The notes below the pieces were generated by a model. The model was not told where the DNA came from and ran no database searches. It saw only the letters and a list, made by a program, of their open reading frames with translations. Positions 51,400 to 62,966 of a stretch of 64,000 nucleotides of DNA are shown here, piece after piece. The position numbers were made by a program, and so were the translations under genes. Source of the stretch: Chiloscyllium plagiosum (taxonomy: Eukaryota); contig NC_057718.1 of the NCBI RefSeq assembly GCF_004010195.1, forward strand, positions 63,202,225 through 63,266,224. The letters are read 5' to 3'. How positions within the stretch are numbered: position 1 is the first letter of the stretch; each line of letters starts with the position of its first letter.

Positions 51400-52225
51400 T
51401 TTGTCACCCCCAGTGGGATGCCAGCATCAGTCACATATTCCCCTCCCCTCCTTGTCAGCATTTCACAGTTCCATTCCCTCTGGGTCACCCTGGTCCACTG
51501 CTCCTCCACTTCCAACACACCCCTGTACTCCTATGGCTCCTTCCGATGCAATCTCAGGAGATGCAGTACAGGAGATGTCCATTTACCTCCTCCCTCCTCA
51601 TGATCCAAGGACCCAGACGCACCTTTCAGGTTAAAACCTGCACTTTATTCAATCTAGTTTACTGTAATCGCTTCTTGGAATGCGATCTTCTGTACACTGG
51701 GGAGACTGAAGGCAGACTGGGTGACCGTTTTGCCAAATACCTAGGCTCTTGTGACTGAGTTTCTGGTTACTGCCTCGGAAAAACATGCAACCATGCTCGC
51801 TGGCCAACATTTCTGTCTCAGGTCTGTTGCAGTGCTCCACTGAGGCTCAATGAGAGCTGAAGGAACAACGCCCTATCTTCCACCTTACAACTTTCAGGAC
51901 TCAACATTGAGTTTAACAATTTCAGAATATAAACACCCTCTCCATTGTTCATTCTCTTCCCCTACACTCCGACAGGCAATGTATAGGTTGCTCGAAGCCC
52001 AGACAAACCATTTTCAAAGATTTATACTTTCATTAACACCCTAGCTAGCTATTATCTCCTTCTCTCTCACTTTCACTCTCTCTGTCTCTCTTTCGCTGGG
52101 TACTGTGTCCATGTACTCTATTATTTCTCCCTCCCCCACTCCATCATCAGCATACACTCCACCAACTATCTTCACTTCTGATGAAGGGTCACTGGACTTG
52201 AAACATTAACTCTGTTTTCTCTCTA
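51400..52225 (+). mobile_element. Penelope-like element 3' part (GIY-YIG) ending in a degenerate hammerhead
   Basis: NLVYCNRFLECDLLYTGETEGRLGDRF; CTGATGA-AGGGTCACTGGACTT-GAAAC at 52178-52204. Confidence 0.85.
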
Positions 52226-53163
52226 AAGATATTCAATAGTAGAATAGTTGCAGTAGAAGGGAGCTGGATCCAGCAGACAATGGCAGACCGTAAAATAGTA
52301 TTTGATCAACATCTGATGCAAAACTCAGCCTCTATTAGTTTTGTTTGTCTTTGCTTTTGGTGTCTGTAAATAAAGCTTATGTCTGGAATTGATTGTTTGC
52401 CTGTGTGTAATGTTCTTCTCTTGAACAATAACAAGCTGTGGAATAGCTGTGGGCATTAGAGACAGGCTAGCATTAACATAGAGGATGTTCAGATGAAATG
52501 TATCTAAGGACAGGTAAAGTGTGTGATGCAATGCTAAAACAATGACTAGGGTGAGAGAATGGGATTGTATGTATGAGGAAGTATTAGATATGCCAGCTTT
52601 GTGGTGTGGACAATGTGTCTTTGTGGTTGATATGCCACTGAGGCAATGCTGAATTGCCAATGCTTGTCTAAGTGCACAACAGATTTTCAAAGATGGCACT
52701 GATGCAAGGGATGGCAGTCTTTTTGTGGATATCTGCTCAGTGATAAGTTGTTCTGGAAAGAGAGGGTGGTAAGAGGAGGCTAGAATTGGAGGTGAAGGAC
52801 ATGGTATTGGATGCGGTAGGATTTATTTTAGTAACATCCATAAGACGACTCACTGGACCGCATGACAAATAACCCTTCAAAAAATTCAACATAACTTGGG
52901 TGTAGCCAAGCAAATTAAGATCGAACTCAATATTAAACCCTCCATAATGAGCAAGAGAAACTCAGAGAGCTTAAATGGTTAAATATGTGGATCAAAGCTC
53001 AAACTGCCTATGCCAGTATACCATCCTTCTGATGGTTTTCATTCCCAGCTGCCAGCCAGGTTGTCAATATCATCCACTAGATCCAAAAACACTGACAACA
53101 AGGTCCTGCTGTTAGGTTTGACAGCATTGTCACATGCAGCTTTGTCAGGTTCTTCTGGCTTAC

Positions 53164-53257
53164 CCCTACATCTTCTCATCTCTCCAAAAGTATTTAGGAT
53201 TCTTCTGTTTTTTTTCTGCTTTTCTGATGCTGCCTGGATTTTCCATTTACCACTGCA
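53164..53257 (-). other. Candidate orphan exon
   Basis: Good acceptor TTCTCCTTTAACTTTGCACAG|, open frame CSGKWKIQAASEKQKKNRRILNTFGEMRRCR, donor G|GTAAGC. Confidence 0.25.
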
Positions 53258-53894
53258 CTGTGCAAAGTTAAAGGAGAAACTGCATGATATCCCGTAATCA
53301 TTGATTACCGACATGTTTATTATATATTAAATATTTCTGAGATTAGCACTGGGTTCCATTGAATGGCATAATGGTTATGAAGGACTTTAATTGTCTCCTC
53401 ACGCAGATTACCAGACTCCTGCTATAGGTAGTACTAAGTAAAGACACATATCTTAATAATCAGTCACCAATTTATATGCATATTGAGACCACGTAACTGC
53501 AAAATCGGGAAACTAATTTTGAAGGTTTAAACTTGCAATGCAAAGAAAATAATTTTAATTATCCTGTCATTGTGTATCCATAGCTCTGACTGTATTTAAT
53601 GTGAAACAAATAGAAAAGACTCTGAATTATTTTGCCTACATTTTTAAAACTGTATTTTCAAGTATGTACCATTGCACTACAGGTATGAGCCACATAACAG
53701 CGCATCAGTTCATGTGACACATGCAAGAAATATACTCAATAAAGCTCCAGACGTTTGAGTGTAAAGTGCCATTGTTTCTAACTAGAACCAGACAACATGA
53801 TGTAAGGAATTTAAAAATACAGTGGCCAGTTCTTTGTGATGGCTTATTTGCCCTCCCAGTGAAGCCTGAAATCTACAATAATTGAATCTTAGCT

Positions 53895-54957
53895 ATCAAA
53901 ACATACAGCATGGAAACAGACCCTGTGGTCCAACTCGCCCAACCAAGTAATCTCAATTAATCTAGTCACATTTGCCAGCATTTGGCCCATATCCCTCTAA
54001 ACCCTTCCTAATCATGTACTTGTCCAGATGCCTTTTAAATGTTGTTATTGTACCAGCCTCCACCATTTCCTCTGGCAGTTCATTCCATACATGCATCACC
54101 CTCTGCGTGAAAAGGTTGCCCTTAGGTCTATTTTAAATCTTTCCCCTTTCACCCTAAAGTTATGCCCTCTAGTTTTAGACTCCCCCACCATGGAGAAAAG
54201 ATCTTGGCTATTCACTGTATCCATGCCCCTCATGACAATAGCCCCAGCCTATTCAGTCTTTCCCTATAGCTCAAACGCTCCAATGCCAGCAACATCCTTG
54301 TAAATCTTTTCTGCATCCTCTCAAGTTCAACAACGTCTTTCCTATAACAGGGAGACCAGAATTGAATGCAGTATTCTAAAAGTAGCCTAATCAATGTCCT
54401 GTACAGCGGTAACATGATATCCCAACTCCTAAACTCAAGGCACTGACTAACAAAGGCAAGTGTACTGAATGCCTTCTTCACTACCTTGTCTACCTGTGAC
54501 TCCACCTTACAGGAATTATGAACCTCCACCACAAGGTCTCTTTGTTCAGCAACACTCCCCAGGACCCTACCATTAAACGTATGGGTCCTGCCTTGATTTG
54601 CCTTACCAAAATGCAAACCTCACGTTTATTAAAAAATTAAACTCCATCTGCCAATCCTCAGACTATTGGCCCATCTGATCAAGGTTCTGTTGTACTCTGA
54701 GATAACCTTCTTCACTATCCAATAAACCATCAATTTTGGTGTCATCTGCAAACTTACTAACCATTACTCCTATTCAAATCCTGTCACATCCAAATCATTT
54801 ATATATACGACAAAAAGCAGTGTACCCAGCACCAATCCTTGTGGCACACCGCTGGTCACAGGCGTCCGGTCTGAAAAGCAACCCTCTACCCACACCTTCT
54901 GTCTCCTACCTTCAAACCAATTTTATATCCAAATGTCTATATCTCCCTGGATTCCAT
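53895..54957 (-). mobile_element. CR1/HER1-type LINE, RT to 3' end
   Basis: SKFADDTK, FGKANQGR, LLEYCIQFWSPCYRKD. Confidence 0.93.
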
Positions 54958-55060
54958 ATGATGTATTATTTGAAATTGTTTCATAACAGTTTTACTATAA
55001 TCATTTATATAGGGCTCACAAATACAGACTTACCTTTGTCCTACATGTGTTGGTTCACAG

Positions 55061-55550
55061 AGAAAAGTCTCAGGAATTCATTACCTGAATCAGAAGAATC
55101 TAAAGATCACCATAATTAGCAGGTGATTTTACCTCACTTGGAAGAAGATAACAGACAGCTCTGACAATTGTCACAACTGATACAAACTTGGCAAAATGTA
55201 AAGCAGCTGGCAATTACTTAAAAAACCTTTGATCCAACAACAGCATTGGACCAAGATCAGTCAGTACTTCAAGAGAAAGTAATATAGAAAAACAATGTAA
55301 ATTGCACAAGATGAATGAATTTGAATTTTTGTCTCCAAAGTCACCTATGGATACAAATCCTATTGAAATTCCAGTCTGTCCAAACTAGATAAAAGGAAAA
55401 TTATGTGATGAGTTAGATAAGTTCATGCTACAGTCAAGAAGTGACAAAGACTCATTAAAGTGGAGAATTCTGGAATGAGAAAGTGAACTGAGGTTATAAA
55501 AAGATGAAACTAAAAAACTGGCACCTGCTGCAGGAGAAGCAGCTGGAATA
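55061..55550 (+). pseudogene. Possible decayed coiled-coil coding exon
   Basis: Acceptor TTCACAG|, then E/K/Q/L-rich translation with stops (EKSLRNSLPESEESKD...KLCDELDKFMLQSRSDKDSLKWRILE*ESELRL*KDETKK). No family recognised. Confidence 0.25.
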
Positions 55551-57007
55551 AAATTGATTCCATATCCTTTTCACTGAGTATTGCCTTGCTATGTTTCTCA
55601 TCACCTTGTTTTCTTCCTTTTTCTGCCTCTTTCAATGGAAGGAGGTGGCTGTTCCTGAATATAGTTCAATGATGACAGCATACCTTTGTTATGTCAGGGT
55701 TTTACGAAATATGTTTGTGGGCTGTAATATAGAAAGCCTGCTTCCCATGCATGTCACAATGTAAATTGTAAATGTTCAGAGAAAGGAATGGTTCAGCCTT
55801 TTCTGATTTCAAACCTTTTTAGACTCCTTTGCTATAGCAGTACAACAACAACTTGATTCATTTAGCACCTCCAAACTGATGGAATAAGATGGAGACTGAA
55901 CCCAGAAAGAGATACTAGACAGGATAGCAAAAGAATACTTCTTAAAGAGAATCCTAAGGGACCAGAAGGATGTCCAAAGGAATGTTCAGAGGCACAATGG
56001 TTCAGGAATATAATTACAGAGCAAGAGTTTTATAGTTAAACACTTGATTGCCAATTATGGGATGAAGGGAAGAAAGAATGGGCGATTGGACCGAAGGGTC
56101 TGTTTCCATGCCGTAAATCGCTATGACTCTATGACTCTATATGCCAATGTCATAGCAGTTCTCAGTTTCCTGCAAGGTTTGGGAAAGTTGTGTTGCACTA
56201 CGATTGCTAAGGGGAGGAAAAGCTATTGACGAATTTAAACAAAAAGTTAAAAGGAGCAGTGAGAGAGAGAGGGAGCCAATCTTTGACTTACATACAAAAT
56301 AGCTGCAAAGTCAATGAAAGGGCTGTGCTGCTTGTGAGATGCTATTCATTTTCTTCATATGGGAGCACCTACAGAAGGAAGTAGCAAATACTTTCAGAAG
56401 ACACTCAAATATAGCCTGAAACTGAGAGCAGATGTAAAGGTGCTTCACCAATATTACACTATCTAGTTCCAGCACAAAGAGAGTCTGGATGCAGTAGTTC
56501 TTCAGGAAATGGTTCGTTTTATGTTAAATTTAATGTATAATTTTTTCCTTTCACAAGCTTGATGCTTCAATCAGTTGTGAGATACATGTGCTGAGAAAAA
56601 TTTGAATATATGTTTTTGTCCATTTCTAAACATTCTTTTCCCACCACTTTGTTCACTAGATTCTCACTATTTTCATTAAAGGCTTCACCTGTCTATTCTC
56701 AATATCAAAACTTCCTTAAGCTTCCCTGACCATTCCCTTGTTCATCATTGATTCCTAGTGCTCTGGAAAAATTTCTTACCCCTTTAAAAACACCATATAA
56801 CTGCCTCAGAAAATGTACCTTCAACTTCTGTGACCTTTCCAACTGCTGCTCATTTTTCAAACTTTCTTTTCTCTCCTTGGTTTTCAGATGAGTCATGGCC
56901 GAAATTTGTGCTCAGTTTCTCCTGTCCCCTGTTAAAATTGGTCCTGGTTTCTTTGTAGTCCAACTGCAAATTCCATTCCCAGGCTTAACAAAACTATTTG
57001 CAGTTTT

Positions 57008-57913
57008 GGTGTCAACTCTCAGCTCCTGACGCAACCCAACTACTCCTCAATCCAACCTACCCCCTCAGCCTCAACCCCATCCTGTACAATCTGTTATGAT
57101 ATAATGTGATAGTTCCATTCCTGTGCAATCCTGCGTTATAAGAAAATTGTGTAATACCAGCACCATTTAAACCAATGAAGCTGAATTTTAAGTTGTATAT
57201 CTCCAAGCCCCCATACTTCTATTTCTGCAACATTGCCACTTTCACCCCTATCTCACATTCTCTATCAATGAATCTGCTTTTGTTTCCTCCAGACCTGATT
57301 ATTGTACTGGGGAAAGTCTTCTGCTCTCAGTCAAAACACCAATTTTTGGTCCAGGTCAGGCAAAATATTACCCATTTACTTTCCTACAGTTTTCAAGCCT
57401 GACTTCTATGCAGTGGACACAGTGCAGCAATCCTTGCAAAGAACAGGGTTGAGAATCTACATGGATGCCACACCCCATTTTTACAGCGTCATTTGACATA
57501 TTCCAATAGGTAAAGACAGATGAAGGGTCTCAAAGTCTCTTTGAGAAGCTATGGTGAGAATTACATTTGCAAGGTAAGTGGGTGAAGTGTAGGGTAGCAA
57601 GTGAGTGAAGCAGTGAATACATTCGATTCTGCTATAACACACGTTTTTTCAACGCAAATTCGTTATAATGTGATTGAGAAATTTAGATCAATATTTGTAG
57701 TACATGAACGTTACTTACCTGCATTGGCAAGAATGTGATTTTGATCGCATGGGTTTAAATGGCGCTGCTATTACACAATTTTCTTATAACATGGGATTGC
57801 ACAGCAATAGAACTATCACTTTATATCAGAACAGGCTGTATGGGATAGGGTTGAGGCTGAGGGAATAGGCTGGATATGAGGAGTAGGTGGGTTGTGTCAG
57901 GAGTTGAGACACC
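57008..57913. repeat. Inverted duplication of about 170 bp (57008-57178 vs 57748-57913)
   Basis: e.g. CCTCAGCCTCAACCC / GGGTTGAGGCTGAGG and TTATAAGAAAATTGTGTAATA / TATTACACAATTTTCTTATAA. Confidence 0.85.
57618..57840. mobile_element. Tigger-like MITE
   Basis: TA-flanked imperfect TIRs TACATTCGATTCTGCTATAAC / TTATATCAGAACAGGCTGTA. Confidence 0.65.
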
Positions 57914-57959
57914 TGAGGAGGTATCTAGGTGGGTTGGGGTTGGGGGAGCCTTGAGTGTT

Positions 57960-59052
57960 TTGATCTGATTTGATTTTATTTCTTTATTGTCACATGTATC
58001 TTGTTACAAAGCACAGTGAAAAGTTCTGCATATATTGGGCGGCACGGTGGCACAGTGGTTAGCACTGCTGCCTCACAGCGCCAGAGACCCGGGTTCAATT
58101 CCCGCCTCCGGCGACTGACTGTGTGGAGTTTGCACATTCTCCCCGTGTCTGCGTGGGTTTCCTCCGGGTGCTCCGGTTTCCTCCCACAGTCACAAAGATG
58201 TGCAGGCCAGGTGAATTGGCCATGCTAAATTGCCCGTAGTGTTAGGTAAGGGGTAAACGTAGGAGTATGGGTGGGTTGCGCTTCGGCGGGGCGGTGTGGA
58301 CTTGTTGGGCTGAAGGGCCTGTTTCCACACTGTAAGTAATCTAATCTATTTGCCACTCTCCAGCGCCATCTTAAAACACAGAAAAATAAAGCAAAACAAA
58401 GAATATAAAGGCAGAAGAATGAAGAAATAAAGAACAAGTGACAACTTTACAGCTCCTCTTATGATGTGCTCCGCCATGGGTTTGGTGGTCAGGTCCGCTT
58501 TGCTGAGTCACTGCAGCTGGAACAAAAATCGCCACCTGCCTTCACTGATGCCCTCACCACTATGTGACCTCACTAGACCTTGCCAATGCAGACACCACCA
58601 ATGCTGCCGGGTACCACACGGAATCAAACTTGACTCCGCCGCTGCCATGAGTCCACTCGCTGACGCAGCCAATGCTGCCAGATTTCATACTGGGCCCAAA
58701 CTCGCTTCCGCCACCACCTCTATGAATCTGCATCAGACGCCGACGCTACGGAGAACCTAAACGTGCCTCTGCTGCAGCAGCCATTAGTTGGTGCCAGGAC
58801 CACCTTGTTGATGCAGGAGCCATCGCAAACCCAAATTTGTCTCCGATGCCGCTGCCACAAGTTTACGCTACTGGGCCCAGTCGTCGCTGCTAATGCTGTT
58901 GCTGCAACCAAGCTCTTCACCAAGAGGTAAGTAGAACAAAATAACAGAGAGAAAAGAAACGAGAGAAGAGAGAAAAAAAGAAAATAAATGAAAAGAAAAT
59001 CAGATGGAGTAGATGAACCTTGAGCCCAGGAGCTTTACTCCACTGCCATCTC
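57960..59052 (-). mobile_element. Unclassified non-autonomous retroelement with LINE-like 3' tail and GC-rich repetitive body
   Basis: Minus-strand tail TTTTCACTGTG...ACATGTGACAATAAA resembles the LINE end at 15890. Body has repeated CCAATGCTGCC/CGCCGC motifs. Interrupted by a SINE. Confidence 0.45.
58037..58348 (+). mobile_element. Young full-length HE1-type V-SINE
   Basis: Intact A/B boxes, V-domain, CpGs retained, LINE-derived tail with (TAATC)n. Confidence 0.95.
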
Positions 59053-59404
59053 ACTAGATGGATTGGGGGGGGGTAGTGGAGAGTGGGGAGGGTGAATGGT
59101 GTTGGTGATGAGCTCAGTAGCCCAGTGAACTAGCAGTTAGAACTTCCTTAAATTCCTTCTTAAATTTCTTTCCTGGCTAACGATCCAAGTAAATAAGACA
59201 GTATCCTCCAAAATCTCTGCCTCTTACCCATAGTTGGAGTGTTTTACAGAGGTTTCCAGGCATTGGATTTTTGCCTATTAGAAGAATAAATTTCCCAGGC
59301 AGTTCACTCAGTCATTGTGTTGGGACTTCCAAGGTGTTCCACATACATCTTTTGGGATAGGATGGTGTCCAAATATCCAGAGACAGAAGACCCGCACCAA
59401 TATT

Positions 59405-59935
59405 TTACATAACTTAGCGAGTTTTGAGAAGATTTGTAGCTCAGGTTGAGGTTCTGGATGTAGGTTTGCTCGCTGAGCTGAAAGGTTCATTTCCAGACGT
59501 TTCATCACCCTACTAGGTAATATCTTCAGTGGAGCAGGGAAATTGACATTTCGGGCAAAAGCCCTTCATCAGGCTTTTGCCCGAATCGTTGATTTTCCTG
59601 CTCCTTGGATGCTGCCTGACTGCTGTGCTTTTCCACTCTGATCTAAACTCTGGTTTGCCTAATATCTTCAGTGGGCCTCAGGTGAAGTACTGCTGATAAT
59701 TCCTGCTTTCTATTTATATGTTTGGGTTTCTTTGGGTTGGTGATGTCATTGCCTGTGGTGAAGTCACTTCCTGCTCTTTTTCTCAGGGGGTGGTAGGTGG
59801 GGTCTAACTCGATGTGTTTGTTGATAGAATTCCGATTAGAATGCCATGCTTCTCGGAATTCTCTTTGTTTGGCTTGTCCTAGGATGGATGTTTTGTCCTA
59901 GTCGAAATGGTGTCCTTCCTTATCTGTATGTAACT
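59405..59935 (-). mobile_element. Penelope-like element terminal region (third family) with hammerhead motif
   Basis: Antisense D.EGHHFD.D...LGQAKQR...AWHSNRNSINKHIELDP.Y; CCA-CTGAAGA-TATTACCTAGTAGGGTGAT-GAAAC-GTC-TGG. Confidence 0.8.
59533..59659. mobile_element. Nested palindromic Penelope-derived insert with 15-bp TSD
   Basis: TAATATCTTCAGTGG at 59518-59532 and 59660-59674. Confidence 0.85.
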
Positions 59936-60307
59936 CTTTCCTATGCTAGCTAAACTCAGAAACTGTTGATCATTTCTTGTCTACCTATTATACCTATACC
60001 TATTAGCTCCATCGAATTCAATCCAAATTGTCAACCTTATCTATGAAGGTTGCGTTTGCTATGAATGCAACTGCAGAGAGCACACGCTCAGGGGTAACAT
60101 TATTGGCACTGGCTTCCTATTCCAGCGCAGTGGCAGTAAAGTCGGATGGTACGGGCTTTGAATGATTGTGGCAAATTTCAGCACAGATTCTCTATTTCTG
60201 ATGTATTTTGGTTTTGTTTTACTTCTATTCTGTGATCTTTATGATTAGAGAAACAGGTTTTGTAAAAGCAAAATTAACAACAACAGAACAGTTTGGTTGG
60301 GTAGTGA

Positions 60308-60929
60308 TTGTAATGAGGTCAGCCAAGTGGACACATGGAATATGAGTTCCCTGATTGGGGCTGTTAACCTGGTCCTATCGGGGAGCCCTGGCTGACAACT
60401 GGACCAGAGTCAAGTAGTCTGCAGATGTAAATAAAGGGTGACATGGTGACAGATTAGATTTAGATTAGATTACATTACAGTGTGGAAACAGGCCCTTCGG
60501 CCCAACAAGTCCACACCGACCCGCCGAAGCGCAACCCACCCATACCCCTACATTTACCCCTTACCTAACACTACGGGCAATTTAGCATGGCCAATTCACC
60601 TGACCTGCACATCTTTGGACTGTGGGAGGAAACCGGAGCACCCGGAGGAAACCCACGCAGACACGGGGAGAACGTGCAAACTCCACACAGTCAGTCACCT
60701 GAGGCGGGAATTGAACCCGGGTCTCTGGCGTTGTGAGGCAGCAGTACTAGCCACTGTGTCACCGTGCAGCCCACATTTTTTATAAGTGTCACTGTATTCT
60801 GTCTACTCCCTCACACTCACTGTATACCTGTTATAGCACCTACCCCCGAACAAGGCTCAAGCTCTATTTATTTAGATTAGATTAGATTAGATTACATTAC
60901 TGGATACTGGCCTCTGTGGAGTTATTTCA
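60308..60929 (+). mobile_element. Solo LTR (same family as 37553-39854), interrupted by a SINE
   Basis: TGTAATGAGG...AAATAAAGGGTGAC (60308-60450) resumes at 60901 with TGGATACTGGCCTCTGTGGAGTTATTTCA. TG...CA termini. Confidence 0.85.
60451..60772 (-). mobile_element. Young full-length HE1-type V-SINE
   Basis: Near-exact reverse complement of 58037-58348. Confidence 0.95.
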
Positions 60930-61164
60930 GGACGTATTCATATAAAATAAGAATGGTCTTTTTAAGAACAGCTAAACCTACAGAATCTCTCTTGCCTTTG
61001 TCATTAATTTTCTGCCACTGTTATTGAAACCTCTCAAACACTCAATATAGTTCCTGAAACAGATCATGGGAGATGGAAAACTAACAACTCTTATTAAATC
61101 TAGTAATTCGAAATATTTCAGCTGCCTGCTGCAGATGGACTCTAAGAAAATGAAATAAAGCAAG

Positions 61165-61263
61165 GAATTGCAAATGCTGGAAATCTGAAACAAAGGCAGA
61201 AAGTGCTGGAGAAACTCAGCAGGTCTGGCAGTGTCTGTGGAGAGAAAACAGAGCTAATGTTTC
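61165..61263 (-). mobile_element. Penelope-derived terminal fragment (related pieces at 14990-15075 and 23640-23840)
   Basis: GCAAATGCTGGAAATCTG...GCTGGAGAAACTCAGCAGGTCTGGCAG. Confidence 0.6.
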
Positions 61264-62745
61264 TTTCCCAAAAAAGGTGCAGTGCCATTTCGCTTCTCTT
61301 ACTTGAAGAGGCAGGCAACCTCAACAGATTGCCCCTTCAATGTAAAAAGGTGTAAAGTTGTTCTGAAGGGGAACCATAAACAGCACTGTAAAATAATTGA
61401 TTCCCTCTGGGTTGGAATACACTGAATAGTGTGTAGCTTCGTAAAGGTCCAACAGGGAACCCATGTCTGCTTACAGCTGGATTAAAGAATAAAATAGTGA
61501 TAGTATATCTGCAGCAGTTTTAAAACTGATTATGGAAGCTGGGAAAGACAGAATGAGGAGTTATCCCACCCATCCAATTGGAATTTGGACATTATAGTAC
61601 AACAGGAACTATAGCTCTTCCATATTTTGGCCTGAGTTGCAGTGTCCCAATGAGAAACCAAAACAGTAGGGACTGGAATTTCCCTCAGGGCAGAAAACAG
61701 ACTTGGGACGGTTTCTGAATACGGAACCTGTCCTGGAAAACTAAACATCATTCACTGGGATGTTTACAGGGTGTCCCTGCACCCCCACCAAAACAAATGG
61801 AAAGATGTTTGTTGTCCAATGGTTAGTATAAAAGAGAATGCTCCCTTTTCAACTTCTTCCCTGTTTCAAGATTAAGAAATAGATTCAATAGATAGGCCAC
61901 CAGCATGGTGATGGGACAGGGATGGAGATTGGGAAGGGATGGGGGTGTTGGTATTGCCCCACAACCCTGTGGTGGCTCTGCCTGGCATGCTGGAACCCAG
62001 GCCTGCCACACCCTGCCTGACCCCAGGCATCTAAATTGATCCCTACTAGCACAGGAAACTGGAGCTGACAGGAACATTTCAATTAGCCTTTATTCAGCCT
62101 CCAAATGGGGTCTTAATGAACCTTGTTTACTACTTGTATGGGCCTGTAGCTCTGCTTATGCTAGTGCTATCTCTGTGAAAGTGGCCTGGAAACATGGGGA
62201 ACCAGTATGCCAGCTGGCTGTGCTAATTTTGCTCATACCCACCTCCAATACTAAGTCCAGCAAACTCTAGATGTTTGTGATTTAAATCTTTTTGTGACGT
62301 TGCATTTGAAACCTTAACATTTTCAAGTTTAATTAAGCTATTTAGATAAACCAAAAGACACAAATGATGAATTAAACTGATTTTCTTTAAGAGGCAAGTT
62401 TTGGTCAGAAAATCAAGTAAACTCCCCACTCTTTAGTTTAATATCTCACCAAAAGAAGGCAACTTTGTTTTTTCAACATTGACGTTTAATGCAGTTGTGA
62501 GGTAAATTAGATTATAGATGCAAAAAGGAATGATCATTGGGCAAGTTGGCCCTGGAAAGGTACTTGAGTCCTTTTCAACATCTCACCAATTAAGAGCTGG
62601 TAGGAAGGTCCATTTTGGAATTTTCCTGAGTCACGAGCAACTAAGGCCCTTAAGTCATTATTTAATGGCCACTTAAGGCCCTCAACTCGCTTCGTCCACC
62701 ATCACCTACTTTCTAAAACAGAAGCAAAAGAGGGTAGCTTCCCAA

Positions 62746-62966
62746 CTGAATAACCAGGGTGGAGAAAGTGAGGACTGCAGATGCTGGAGATCAGAGCTGA
62801 AAATGTGTTGCTGGAAAAGCGCAGCAGGTCAGGTAGCATCCAAGGAACAGGAGAATCGAAGCTTATGCCCGAAACGTCGATTCTCCTGTTCCTTCTGTTC
62901 CTTGGATGCTGCCTGACCTGCTGCGCTTTTCCAGCAACACATTTTCAGCTCTGAATAACCAGGGTG
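62746..62966. mobile_element. Palindromic Penelope-derived insert with 16-bp TSD
   Basis: CTGAATAACCAGGGTG at 62746-62761 and 62951-62966; long, near-perfect inverted arms. Confidence 0.88.

Noticed and set aside
52325..53100. Protein-like minus-strand translation, possibly a non-LTR RT C-terminus
   Set aside because: Multiple stops and no diagnostic motif I could confirm.
58037..58110. tRNA-like sequence with A/B boxes (also at other SINE heads)
   Set aside because: It continues directly into a V-SINE body, so it is a SINE head rather than a tRNA gene.
60480..60785. Recurrent ORFs such as GRKPEHPEETHADTGRTCKLHT
   Set aside because: Antisense translation of the HE1-type SINE, not a gene family.
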